A DNA stretch of 64,000 nucleotides from Podarcis bocagei (lineage: Eukaryota). The notes beneath the pieces were generated by a model, which saw nothing but the letters and a program-made list of their open reading frames with translations, did no database searches and was not told the DNA's origin. The stretch lies in assembly GCA_964188305.1 (NCBI GenBank), contig OZ076887.1; one strand, written 5' to 3'. Below are positions 38,233-51,969 of the stretch, one piece after another. Each line of letters begins with the position of its first letter. Within the stretch, counting starts at the first letter, position 1. The translations under genes and the position numbers were made by a program.

Positions 38233-41200
38233 CCCTGTGTCACAGGACTATTTCCACACATCACTTGTCAGCAAACTGGCTTTGCCACAAGTGTCTGTTT
38301 GACAGGGGCCTGCAAAGAATTGTGGCTCACTGATTAGTCTATCTGTATGATGGTTACATTGTGCTGGAACGTCACTTACTTTTCTTTCTCTACATTTTTA
38401 TACCACTTGTTTGTAATAAAATGCCCAAAGCACTTTACAAAATGAATAAAACAATAACATTGGTCAATTAAAAAAAAAACTGTTTAAAATCAAGTATTTG
38501 AAACATGCAGTAAGCTAATACCAGATGAAAACACACAACAACTTCTAAACTATGGAAAACAATGTGCGAGGCAGCATTTTATATTGAAACTCATATTTTC
38601 TCATTTCTGCAAGCCTCTTACCCTGGCACAAGAAACAGGAGGATGAAATGAGAGTTCACCAGGATATTGATCATATTTTAACTGTTAATGAGGTATAGAT
38701 GAAATATTCATATATACAGTAGAAACCTCTATTATTCTATCCGCCTAAAATAGCCTGCTCCTGACAGCTGTGTAAGTTTTGGGGCTGTCAGTGAGGAAAT
38801 GTTAACATTTGGAATTGAAATTCTGTTCATTGTGATACTCAAGGACAGTATAATTAAACCAATATATGTGCAAGTAACAGAGACCGCTTATGATCAGCTT
38901 AACAACATTCACCATATTTCAGTTTTATGTCTTATTGGTTTATCTGATGCCACATTACATCAGGAAATAATGAGCGTTGGTGAAAAGTTTTGTATAATTC
39001 TCCACCAAATAAGAAAAGTTTGGCTATGGTTATCAGTTTATTATTGTTAAATTACCAGGGTTCAGGGTCTAGTCACGTGACTACAGATTCAAGTTTGTAA
39101 ATCTGTTTAACTTTCCTTGAATGAGTCCCCAAAGAAGGTACCAATTAGGTTAATAAAGAAATCCTTTTAGCTTTAAGCCCTGTTACTGAACATGTAAAAA
39201 GTGAACAGAATTGCATCCACTGTGTCAGCCCCCCATTTTATATGTGTTAGTCATTTCCCCCCCTGTTTCTTATTGATGCAACTTTGGTGGAGAAGGACAT
39301 TGGTCAAGATCCATAGGGGAGTTGGGAGTGGTGCCTCAAGGTCTTGAAGCACCTGCCCACATAACTGAACTGGCTGGCAGAACCCACAAGAGCAGCTTGC
39401 ACCATGGTGGACCTTAAGAGCTTGGCAAATCCCACATTGTGTCCCCATCAGACAGGCCGGGTGACTAATCAGCCAGAAGACAGGCTGCCTAATAATTTTT
39501 GCCCTATGCCAGATCAGCCTCTGGTAACCAATCAAGCTGTGGCCTTGTCTGACCCATAATGGCCTTTCTGTGCTCAATCATTGCTCCCTTGGATTTTGCC
39601 TAGCTGTGCATGCATGGTGAACAGAATACTGACAATCTGGAGATGACCTAAACCACAGGCCCTGAGATCCTTCCTTGGATGTTTACAATGTTTAAATGTA
39701 TGTTCACATTTGAGGATGAAGGCCTAGTTTTAAAACCTTAGTCCCTGTATTTTTATAATTTGCATGTGAATTTTTTTAACACGGTCACCTCTACAAGTAG
39801 GTGATAAATTACGCATACAGACACCATTGGGAGGATTGCCGACTAATTTCACACCTTTTAACTGCAATTAAGTGCTTGCTTCCAGCATGCTGAAAACGGA
39901 AATATCTTCCTGATAGCAATTCATATTTTAAAGACTGTTGGCTGGCACTACAGTGGGACAGTCCACCAGTTATGTTAAAAATAAGATCTTAATTCTGGGA
40001 AGCACTACAAGGTCTTCATAATCAAGTGCCCTGTCCTGTGGCAAGATCTTTCCAGCATTGGCACCTATAGGCTCTCTGTATTATATAAATTGCCTGAGTG
40101 CAGTTCTTATTCCAACTGCCCTTCCAATTAAATCTAATTGGAATAACTCATGATTAGTTCATCCAGGTTTATTCTCAGAACAATTTTGCAGAGCATATAT
40201 TTACTTATTGCCAGAACAAAATCCCACTCAAGACTTCCTCTTTTGAAAGACAGCATGGTAAAGAACTGTGTAGAGCTGACTCAAATGTTTGTGAGATTCG
40301 GCTTTTGTTTCAACACTTGCATAACTGATGAGGAAGAACCTTTTATCAAACTGCCAAGAAAATGGCCTTTAAAAAATTGTGATTCTGGGTATTCCAGCCT
40401 GGAATAAAAATGACGATGATGATGATGATATAATTGTTTTCCCACCCTTGCCCTAAGGTTCCAGGGTGGGTTACAACATTAAAACATTAATCACAGCTTA
40501 AGGCTACAGTGAACTGTACAGTGATTATTATCACTGAGTTATCACAATGGGGCATAGCTCAGAGAAGGTCTGAACCTAGGAAACAAGAGATCTGTACAGC
40601 CCCTAAGTTGCTGGGGGGCAATGTTCTGACATACACTTGTATAAATGGAGTCTATTTGTCATGGCTTCCAAACCTGGCCTCTTACAGTACACTGAGGAAG
40701 ATACCAGTAGGGAGGACAGATAGACTGCTCCACTTGATGATCATCCTCAACAACGCCTTCCTTGGAGCCCTCTCAGCTGGAGAGGACCTAACTCTTGAAC
40801 CTTCCTAGGACTCTAGAATGAAGCTGAAATAGCATTCCCATGCCTTGCACAATCTAGAAGTCAGTGTCTCCATACTTAGGCAAGAGCCCTTTAAGTCAGC
40901 ACAACCAGCTCCTTGCGGAAGCAGGGCAACTGCAGTACAGGACATGCCAAACTCCATAAGGCTACAAATAGGTCCAGCTCTTGATTTAGATACCACCTTT
41001 GAAAACTCCAAAGCTCAAGCAGCAGGCCCAACTGGGAGCTGCCCAGGGTCCTGACCTATTAAGAAAGCCATGCTTCAAACCACTTGCCTCGCCAGACTTG
41101 ACTTGTTTCTTGCTTCCACTTGCCCATAAGGTCCACAGAGCAGAAACTCTGGCTCTTTGGAGAACTTGGTCAGATAATTATAGGATTGTCCTATTTCAAT

Positions 41201-43058
41201 TTTAGAAATTTGTCATTTGACATATTCAGAAATGGTTACAATTAATTTATTTTCCACTCCTAAGTAGAGAGATTGCAGTTCCTTTGTAGCCAGATCATTA
41301 TATCCATCTATTGCATTTTTTAAAAGTACTTGTTAAACTGAGTCTGAAAGTTTAAAAGCAACATTCTATTATGAACCCATTTTACCCCTAAATTATCTCT
41401 ACCTGTGTGGATTCTCTTCCATCCACCAAAGCTTCAATGGTTTTCTTACTTCCAGCTGTATTTATTTCTCACCTTTTATAATTGCTTCTCTTCCCCCTCC
41501 CCCTTCTTTCTACTAATCAGTACACACATTACCAGTATGGCTCTAGCTTTCAAGTATCAATACACAATCAGATTTCTATTTATTGTATCTATCCACAAGC
41601 TGCTTGCATTAGTAGAAGGATATGATGTTTTATTAGTATTCCAAGAAAGATTGGAAAGTGAGTTAATTACTGGGAAAATCCTTAAGATGTGTACTCAGGA
41701 GCATCCATTGCATCTCTGTCTGAAGAGGAGGAACAATCCTTTGCTATGGCTAAAGGAAATAGGGGAGTGGGGCTTCCCTAGCATTGGACTTGATTGTTCC
41801 AGCCTCGTGTGTATAGGAGGGATCACTTTAAATGCTTCTGAGCATACCCTTTCCCCCCATATAAGTGAATGGCTACAATTTGCTCCTGGGACACTATTTC
41901 AGAGGTAGCCAAACCTCTCCTATCTCCACTGACACTGGACATCTGACTCCCGCTGGCAGAGATTCCATTGGGGGCAAAGCATTTGTGGATTTAGAAATGC
42001 ATTGTGTCTTCCCCTCTCCCAGTGGATCTTTACTGTAAAGCTTTTTAGGTCTGTGTTGTGTTTATAAATTTATGCAGTGACTGACACCAATCCAATTCCT
42101 AAATGGCAGGAATCTTGCTGAACACTCCAGGAATACAGATGTATGCTAATCATAATGATGAATGCAACTGCCTTTTCCTGCAACACAGGCCACTTTAAAT
42201 GCTCATAGCCCTGTAAGTCTACACGTGCATTTACTACGGTCCTGTTCAATGTATGCCTCATCCTAGGATTCCAGCTTTAGATTTGCACATTATAATAGGA
42301 AGCATTTAAGATTTTGTTGTTACCCAGTCAAATTCATCTTGGCTCTAAAGTAGGCCACAGTAATATGAATCTCTCATATCATGTATGAATAAATGGTGGC
42401 TAAAGTACAGCTAATGTTTTGTTTATCCAGCATCAAATTACTGGTGTCCTAGGACTGTGTGACCCTGTGAGTGCAGAACTGATGTGATAAATGCATTTGC
42501 TGCTTCCTTCAAGTGAAATTAGTTTTCATGAAAGAAGCCAGTTTGGGGGCATTAGAAAATGAATCATGGTTTTATCTCCTGAATATTAGCACAGCATGTC
42601 CCCGCCTCCCTTGCTCTCCAGCATATGTATCAAAACCTTGGCAAAGGAAGAGGCACACCAGTTCAGCCTTCCTTCCTAGTGTTCATTTATGCAAATTCAC
42701 CATGACCAAATATTTCAATCTTTGGCCTGTCTGCCACATCCAATCTAATCACAGCAGTTTCTGCTACAGAAAGCATTACACTGGTGCAAGTGCTTTATAA
42801 AATTATAAGTCAGCAAAATGTGAAAGTGATTTGGCTTATAACAACATCTTCCTTTTTCCAACTGCATCCATTATATTACCAATTATAATTTATTTACATA
42901 TTTGCTTTTCTGTTACCTCTTTCCTTATTGTTGCCCTTTTCATTTCTAATACCTTCCTTTGTGGACAGCTGATCATCATTAAAACCACCCAAACTTTTTT
43001 TCTCAATGTGATGGTTGTTGATTTAATAAGAAGACACAGTATTTAGTTTGTTTGCCAT

Positions 43059-43280
43059 GTTGTTGTTGTTGTATTGCTTAAACACACACACATATATATG
43101 TTGTTGTTGTTGTTGAGTCATTTAGTCATGTCCGACTCTTCGTGACCCCATGGACCAGAGCATGCCAGGCACTCCTGTCTTCCACTGCCTCCCATAGTTT
43201 GGTCAAACTCATGGTGGTAGCTTCGAGAACATTGTCCAACCATCTCATCCTTTGTTGTCCCCTTCTCCTGTGCCCTCATC
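43059..43280 (-). mobile_element. RTE-BovB LINE 3' fragment with (CAA)n tail
   Basis: tagtcatgtccgactcttcgtgaccccatggacc...ccatctcatcctttgttgtccccttctcc; 11-bp TSD TTGTTTGCCAT at 43048-43058 and 43281-43291. Confidence 0.9.
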
Positions 43281-43293
43281 TTGTTTGCCATAA

Positions 43294-43658
43294 AAAGGTA
43301 AAGGTAAAGTACCCCTGACCATTAGGTCCAGTCGTGGACGACTCTGGGATTGCACACTCATCTCACTCTATAGGCCAAGGAAGCTGGCGTTTGTCCGCAG
43401 ACAGCTTCTGGGTCATGTGGCCAACATGACTAAGCCGCTTCTGGTGAACCAGAGCAGCACAAAGAAATGCCATCTACCTTTCCGCCAGAGCGGAACCTAT
43501 TTATCTACTTGCACTTTGACATGCTTTCAAACTGCTAGGTGGGCAGGAACTGGGACCGAACAACGGGAGCTCACCCCGTTGCGGGGATTCAAACTGCCAG
43601 CCTTCCGATCGGCAAGCCCTATGCTCTGTGGTTTAGACCACAGCACCAGCCGCGTCCC
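43294..43658 (-). mobile_element. Full-length Sauria SINE
   Basis: (ACCTTT)n tail and GGGACGCGG 5' end on the minus strand; perfect 15-bp TSD TCTTGTTTGCCATAA at 43279-43293 and 43659-43673. Confidence 0.95.
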
Positions 43659-44059
43659 TCTTGTTTGCCATAAGGTGTTCTAATTGTGGCCTTTCACTAT
43701 AGTAGGGTAAAAGAGCATATTGTTTCAGGTTTAGCCTAAAGCACAAGAATTGTGGAATCATACTGCTAAAGAATATATTGTGCCAAACAACCCTGTCTAA
43801 TCACACATAGCTTTAATTTTTTTCCTAGCATTTTATCAATACGCCATTGTGAGTTTTTCTCACTTGCAAATAGCAAGTGCAGGTGTCTTGATCCAGATCA
43901 GGGCCACAGTGAGGAACAAATAATTAAAGATCCCTCACCCCTCTCATGCCAGGGCTGCCCATGCCAGCTAAAGTAAAAGCAGCTACACAACAGAAAATTA
44001 TATTCAAAAGTCACATTTTAAAAAGTAAGTTTGACTCTTACTAATCATATATATGTGTT

Positions 44060-44061
<2 letters not shown>

Positions 44062-44108
<47 letters not shown>
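44062..44108. repeat. (TG)n microsatellite
   Basis: About 23 units. Confidence 0.97.
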
Positions 44109-44111
<3 letters not shown>

Positions 44112-44916
44112 ATATATATTTCCTAAATATATTTCTAATATTGACATGGAAAATACAGTACTAAAATGCTTTCCAGCTTTCCATTTTAATTATTGAAAGA
44201 CATGTGGGTAAATTAGGTGAGTTGCATTTTACTGAAGTAGTAAGAATGCTTGAGTCAGGACTCTGAATTTATGGATTCATTGTTGAATCTTTTTTTTTTT
44301 AAGTCACATTTTTCTCTTTGAGATCTAAAGCACTTAAGCATGTTAAGTGTGAAATAATGTTATTTTTCCTAAACTGAGTCTGAACTTTTGGCTGTTTTGT
44401 TTGACAAAGAAGAGACAAATACATATTGAAACACTTTGCATATTGATATCATTAAATCAATAGGGTCCATTTGAAGAGCAATTAATATTTGCCCCCAAAA
44501 CAAATGCAAAAATCAGCCTTCATCTCTAAATGGGTTGACTATTAAGTCACAAGGGAATTCCTTATAACCTTTGTTAGGAATTCTGACAAGGGAAGGCAAC
44601 CACACTAATTTGTGCTGCTAAATTGCTCTGGAAAAAAACTGCCCTGTTTGTATGATTGTGGTGCTTGCAAATGAATCAATAAAGCCATCAAAACTGCTCA
44701 GGCATTTGGCCACAAAGCAACAGGAGTTTAAAGATAAGGCTATAGATTTTCTTTCAAAAGGACATTACAAGAATATAAGAAGGTTTTTTTAAAAAAATAT
44801 GAAAAATGAGTTTACAGTATCAGCAAGAGAAAATAAAGGATACATAGCTGATTTCTCTCTTCCAGCCCCTTGTCCTCAAGTGTAAGCACATGCTGCCATT
44901 GCCATACACAAATGGG

Positions 44917-45118
44917 GTTGTATCCAACAGTTGCTCAGTTGATGCTAAGGCTTCCATCAGTGGAACAGGAAGGGAATCAAATATGATGCAGGGGGACCTT
45001 CCAGATTTAAAGGGGCACAGAAACTGCAGGGGGAGGGAAAGTTGTTGAAAACTGCTTTTCTCCCCATTTTGCTGATGGAAGCCTTACTCTCAGCTGAATT
45101 ACACCATTGAATACAACA
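44917..45118. mobile_element. MITE-like element with terminal inverted arms
   Basis: gttgtatccaa...taaggcttccatcag pairs with ctgatggaagcctta...ttgaatacaac. Confidence 0.65.
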
Positions 45119-45609
45119 CAGTTTGTATAAAAAGGTTCAAGGTGCAGTCACAAGTATACAAAGCCTTCGCCACCAATGGCTCTGATGTATGCACTCAGTT
45201 GTCAGGGAAGAATCTTATTCATTAAGCAGAGAGTCAGCTTCTTACCTGTAGGAATCAGGAGATCCATTTTTAGAAGAGAGAAGATCTAGCAGTCTGTCCT
45301 AGCAACCTTAGCACAATTTGGTATGAAGTAGTTTGCAGACCAGTATTACCCATTAGAACAAAAGCTGGAAATGGGTCATTTTTAAAAAGCGAATCTTTGC
45401 CATTGAAGTCAGTGACAGACAGCCAATCCATTTTTGCTCCAACATTAGCCTTTAATTCTATCAAGATGCTTGAAGAAGTGACCCCTTCCATTTGAATTTT
45501 ACTCGTTTGATGTTTAAAATATGGGTACATTCAAAACTGCTGTGAAAATTGTAACTTAAATTTTCATATGTATAATGTACATTTTTTCCATACATTATCA
45601 TTTATATTA

Positions 45610-45990
45610 TTTTTTATTATATATTTCATTTATGAAGCATTTCCCATGAAGCCTCTCAGGGCGAGTTCACAGTACAATAAAAACTTATCTAGAACAATTG
45701 CATATATAAAAACAATTTGAAATTCAATGCAAATACCCACTGGAATAGAAATGGCCACTTCTTGAAAGAAGGAGGTCTTCAGCGGGCATTGAAAAGATCA
45801 TAGAGGTATGGTGCCTGTCTGAAATGTTACAGGACAGAATTCCAAAAGATAGACGATGCCACACTGAAAGCTTGATTCTGACATTGTGTGTCATGGACCT
45901 CCTGATACGATGGTATCTGCAGGATCTCCTCTCCTGCTGAGCACAGGAATGTGTTGGGTATATTATTAAAGGGATGGGATTTTGTGTAGT
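45610..45990 (-). mobile_element. Old L2-like LINE 3' end
   Basis: ctctcagggcg...aataaaaac 3'-end pattern, then aggaggtcttcagc.ggcattgaaa...agaattccaaaag...gccacactgaaag. Confidence 0.5.
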
Positions 45991-46169
45991 TATCTTAGCG
46001 GTTGTAAGTACTGGCACCTGGAGCTTAGCTCACCAAGTTGTAGCTTCCATTAATATTTTTATACAAATTTACTTTTCTCCAGTTCAGCAGGCAGTAAAAC
46101 ACAATGGACAGGAAAGAAATTTTCAGCAATTTCCCCTCCCTCTGCAGGAACAGATAAGTGTGGTTGGTT

Positions 46170-46385
46170 GAAATAGTAGAGCCATGAAACCAGATCCTCA
46201 GATACTTAAAAGAGTCAGCATGTTCTAGTCTTATGGCCATCAGTGGTCCAGGAATGCTTTCCTTGGCCTTTCTTTTTGAAAAATTCATAACCTTTGATTT
46301 TCATCATTAATTGTTTGAAATTCATTTCTACAATAATATGCAAATCCAAGTAGTAATCTAGTCATCAGTGGTCTGACTGGTTGAA
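46170..46385 (-). mobile_element. Relic of a non-LTR reverse transcriptase C-terminus (clade uncertain)
   Basis: Two adjacent minus-strand frames read TRLLLGFAYYCRNEFQTINDE / SKVMNFSKRK...LEHADSFKYLRIWF, resembling the RT ...IN.xKTKVM...FKYLG motifs with one frameshift. Confidence 0.5.
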
Positions 46386-48227
46386 ACAGTGGGCTATTTA
46401 AACAGCCAGCATTATTTATAACTACGTCCCCAATGCAGTTTACAGATACAATAAAACAATCCATCAATTAAAAGGATAAACCAAATACCAATAAAACCAC
46501 CATAAAATAGATCATTGCAGTACTTTTTCCACCCAGTACTTCAGGATTTGCATAAGCCTTTACCCATCACCAGTTTTCCTATTGCTGTTGAAATCCCCAT
46601 GAGAACCAGTGATGGGTCTCCATCACTGAGCAATTCCTTTGCTACCAGTAGTCTTGCACACCTGTAAAAGACCCAGACAATTAACTGATAGTATGATGCA
46701 CAGATGTGGAATGTGCTGTAACATGTATCCTAAGGTTGTTGTTTTTTACTTATGCATAAGTCTCATGGAGTTGAGTGGATGTTATCCCAAAATAAGTGAA
46801 CATAGGTTTGAAGCCCAACTCATTCTGCAACCCATTACAGTGTCAAACAAAGCTTCCTTTCCCATTTCAGCACCTTATTCATAAGTTTTTCTTCTGTTAT
46901 TTGTCTTTGGTTTGTTCTGCCTTCAGTTCTTTTGCCTTTGCATGTAGGTGCTTCAGCAGCATTCTATTGTTCTTCTGTTCAATAGCATCTTCATTTTATG
47001 TTGCTATAATAAATTATTGCTTGCAGTTTCACAAAAGTGGTTGAGAAATGCAAAGGAACATTGTACACCAGTGTTTTGAGCTTGTCGGGGGGGGGTACCT
47101 ACTTTGTGCAAAAGAACTGGCAAGGTTATGGATGCTGCCTGTCAAAGGCCATTACTTGGCGCTAAGACCCAGTCAAACACTCCAACTGACTGATGAGTGG
47201 GCACCAGGCCATCAAAGCAGATGGACATGAGTGTGCAGAGCCAAAAGACAATGTATGTGCATCAAGTGTAAATGTTGATGGCAGGTTTCCCAGCCAGTGT
47301 CTAAGCTTATGCATCTGTAGTTACAGAAATGCCAGGCTTGTTCTGGATTAAATTTTCAAACAATTAAAAGGAATGCGGGCAGGGGAGGAAATGTTTTTTA
47401 AAGCAGGCCTGGGTAGAAAAGTGAAAATAGAGACGATTTAATGTTGGGGATCTCATCTGCTAAATTCTCTCAGAGACACTTCCGCAGGTTGAGCCACAAC
47501 CAAAATTACTATTGACTGGATATTATTCAATCAATAGTAAATTGACTGAATAATTGACTAAGCCTAGTCTTAAAATCTTTTTAAGCTTCCTGCTGAGCTG
47601 TGTTGATATGCCAAATCCCTAGTACAGAAGCTCATTGGGTCTGATGGCCTCATCTTCATAGCACAGTGAAGATTTTTCTGGTTGGCTTTTGCGGACTGTT
47701 GGCTTTAAAGTATTTTTCAATGCAGAGCCCTTTTAATGATAGACATTCACATTTTGCAAAACCACAGGTAGACTTTCTCTCCATTGTCATGGGGGATGGA
47801 ATGCAGGATTCATTTCAAACATGTTATTTTCAAACGGGTTGGCTTCCTCTCCTATCAGGGTTGCCAGCCCAGGCTTTGAAACTGTTTCTTTAAAAGCAGT
47901 GAACCCTAAAAAGTAATATCTAGAAAGAAAACTGCCTAGCCAATTCCTATTGTTTACAGAAATTGTGGCGTTTCAAACATTTTACTTTGGACTGAGAATG
48001 TTAAAAACTAGTTTTCTCTTTATGAGTGCTATCTTGTTCCTATGGATCTTTTTAAAGCACAGTGGTGCGGCATAAGACTGGCATACTCAATACTTTATAT
48101 TTGCACAATCTCTTTTTAATGAATAATTAACTTATATTTCTGTCCTTTGCAGAAATAACGTAAGAGCTGCATTGCTGGCTCATATAGTCCAACATTGTCT
48201 CTCTCAGTTGACAGTCTAAGTCCTAAT

Positions 48228-48268
48228 TTCATTCATTCATTCATTCATTCATTCATTCATTCATTCAT
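48228..48268. repeat. (TTCA)n microsatellite
   Basis: About 10 units. Confidence 0.97.
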
Positions 48269-48734
48269 GTATCATTTCTATATGTTCAGCTCTTCAAACT
48301 ACTTTCTAGTTTCCTAATTCATTATTGCAATTACTTTTATACCCTCTTCCCTTTTCATTCCACCATCTACACTTGCATCATTTCCTCCCAGTGTTGCTTA
48401 TGCCTTTTATAATCTGTGGCATACCTTTGCTTTTATTTTATAATAACCTCACATCTCATACCAAGTGAGTTGGAAGCAGGGTCCTAGAAAACACAAGAGA
48501 AGACTGAGCTGGTGATGGCAAAGGCAGGAATGTTCCATGAGCTGGTGACTGGGAGGCAAACAGACGGTTCATCAGGCAGTATAACAGCTGGGTGGGAGCC
48601 TGTTGACTCCTCCTGTCACCTGATCCTTGCTGGGCTGACAGCTATGATCTGCCAAGGTGGCTCAGGGATAACTATCTTCCAGAGCTGCCACAGTCACTAG
48701 TTTGAGACTTCTGGTCCCTTAACAAATAAACAGG

Positions 48735-48738
<4 letters not shown>

Positions 48739-48780
<42 letters not shown>
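48739..48780. repeat. (GA)n microsatellite
   Basis: 21 units. Confidence 0.97.
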
Positions 48781-48783
<3 letters not shown>

Positions 48784-51701
48784 GTCTAAGGAAGAGAACA
48801 GCAGCAAGCTGAATCCTGCAAAAGATTCCATGAACACTACAGAGGTTCAAGCAGTTTTTTGTAAATCTTGCTAGTCATATTTTATCTCATCATGCTGAAT
48901 GCTGACAAGCCTGCTGAATCCCTGCCTAACTTTCCCAAAGTTCAGGACCCTCTGCAGTCTCTCTAGTCTTGAGACTTCAAAGCTTACTTTCAACCTCTCC
49001 TTTCTGAGACAGTTTCTCATTTCATTTGGAAAATGACAGTGTTGGGTTTTCTCAACCACTGTCCGCATGTGTGCATGATGAACTTGATAGTATTGTGGTT
49101 ACTCCCTCCCCCCCATTGATGCTGTAGCTCTTGTATCATTCCCTGCCTTGCGCTCTTGAGCATTTGGCTCGAGAATTCTGTTTATGAGGATCCAACACAG
49201 TAGCTGAGCTATAGTGATTAAAACAGTAAAAAGATATGGGACAAAAATATGTCTTGTATTATAGCAATCACTTCTCATGCAGTGATACAATACTGCAACC
49301 ATCATTGCATGTTTTCTTCCAGACTGAAGGGATTTGTAAGTGTTTACCATACTTCTAAGAAAACAATTTGTTGGGGTACCTAAAGCACTCCTGTCTAATG
49401 TTGCTAACTTTCACTTAAGCATAATGGTCCTAGCCTGAGCATTTAAAAAATACAGACACAAAGAGTATTTGATGGAGACATTGTTGATATAATTGCAGTT
49501 ATCTCATGATAACTTGGGTGTCCAACAAGCTATTATCCATTATGACACAATCAGTCACTGATGGATTGTTGCTTTGTATTAAACAATTTTCCCAAGAACA
49601 AGAGCCATACTAGGGGACAATAAGCTTTTTAGAGCTAGGCTATTACCTATTGCATGATGAGTATCACACTCTCCAAATATCTTTAATAACCATGGCAGCC
49701 TGTGTTTTCTGTTCCATAGTAGAACTCTGCTCCTATTTTTGCCTTTAGAAATGTTAGCTATTGTTTACACATGTGCACGACAATTATTCACATTTCAGCT
49801 ATCTCACACACAGCCGTTCAGGTGTGTCAGAGATGTTTGAATTCTAGCACATGGGCCTAAGAATGAATATCCATTGAACTGCTTCCTTTTCATCCTCTCC
49901 TTCATAAGAACATAACAGTCCTGCTGGATCACACAGAAATAGGATCTTGGCCGTATGCCATGCCATTTTCCTCTGTGAAGCTATAGCTAATAAAATGTTA
50001 CAGTCATCATACGTTCTGGGTTGGTGACCCTGTTTCAACTATGCTCTTCTGGTTACAGCTATATGTGCAATTGATGAAAATGCCATGCTTTTGTGTAACA
50101 TGGGGCCACCATGTTCTGCCATGATGGGAATGGGTTTTGGAATTAGGCATTATCCCCTATTTCCTCTGGTGTCTATACACTGAGGAGATTTGAAGCTTTT
50201 GCTTTGGTTTTTGATTAGCTACACTTTAATAACAGTTTGAGGTCTGAATATAATTCTAATCTTAACTATGCTTTGTTGAACAAGCCTGCTACATGTTTTG
50301 AAGTTGGCTTGTTTCAACAAACCATAGTTAAGATTAACCACAATTTGTTTGGTTCAAACAAAATAGCAAACTATGGTGAATCAAAAACTGTGACCAAATT
50401 GGAACAAAATGATTTTCATTGAATTGTAGAACAAGAACTACTATTCTTATCAAAACACAATGGGTTGGGTTCAGACTTGCCTGAGATCCAATGGAAACTT
50501 CCACTGCAGGAAGAGGGAGGTTATCTTTACAAATACCAACTTTCTCCTATAGCCTACAGCTGCAAACCCCCCCCCCCCCGTTGTTCCAAGTTTGGAGACT
50601 TCTGGAGCAGCATTTTAGTGGTGAGGAGGCACAGGCAGAGAGCAAAATAACTTTCCCCTTCCTCCACAATGAAGCTCCTATGCTGGTCTGGATCCAGTTA
50701 TTCCGCCCACACACAAACACACTTTTATGCAAAGATTGCATTTGAAATATAACATATGGTACACACAGCAATTTATTATTATGAAAAATGATGTCAAAAT
50801 GTGGAAGGTGGTCAAAAGCAAAAGCACAGTAATGACCACAGAAATATGAGCTATCAAACTAATAAAAAGAATTTAATGATGACAGTGTGTAAAATTAAAC
50901 TAAATGGAATATAATAGCATTGAATAACTAAAACACAGACACAGTGTTTAACATGGATAGAACAACAAAGAACATTTACTAAATAACAAAATGAGGATGC
51001 ATAGCCTTATGGCTGTGTTTATAGTAGCTTGGAAAACAATTTTCCACATAAGTGATATAATGGGCCTGTATAATCAATTTAATTATTGTGAAAATGAGGC
51101 ACATTAGCATAAAGCCCCCCCCCCCTAATTTAGTCTTGTAGAAATATCAGAGGTTGTTTTGGAATTTTTGTTTGTTTGTTTTGGCAAAGACTCTAGCAAA
51201 GAAAAAGGGGTGCATAGAAAGTTGGTCCATGAATGTAGATGCAATGGAGAGAAGAAGGGGGGTTACAAGGAATAACAGAAAGCTGTGCTAAATATGGAAG
51301 TCCTGCCCCTGTCCTCCTTACACTGTTAGAAACTCTCCGTTGACCTAGTTTCTGAATTTCTACACCTGTATCAGGCAGTTTTAGAATTTCAAATATTCAT
51401 CTGCAGCTATGGCACTTAGAAATATAGAACTTCTTTGTCATAAATACTGAGATCCTTAGCTTTATATTACACTAAAGTCTTGCCACAAGCTGCAGTTCTA
51501 TGTAACATGACATATTAATACCCCTACAAGTTTTATAAAACCAGCAGCTATAACTAGTTTGTTCCAAGTGGAATGGAAATATTTTCTTTTATGAATGAAA
51601 CTCCACATAGCTTTAATGCATCGACAATACTAGGGTGTTGCTGTCATTTGAGATTTGTAGTTTAAGCTTAATTTAAACACTGCTGATTTTGGGATTCATG
51701 A

Positions 51702-51866
<165 letters not shown>

Positions 51867-51947
51867 TGAGGATGTTGCTTTGTATCTATTTAATCTCCTT
51901 CCATTTTTTTTTAAATGAAGAAATCACCTTGGGAACAATGAATAAAT

Positions 51948-51969
51948 TGCATGCCTTTTGCTGTGCATG
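51948..51969 (+). promoter_or_regulatory. Pair of RBFOX motifs (TGCATG) downstream of exon 3
   Basis: TGCATG at 51948-51953 and 51964-51969; function unproven. Confidence 0.45.

Noticed and set aside
40570-41160. Possible solo LTRs here and near 48470-49000
   Set aside because: Composition is suggestive, but I could not define TG...CA ends or a TSD.
41405-41908. 167-aa ORF
   Set aside because: Non-ATG start, no recognisable domain, ordinary intronic composition.
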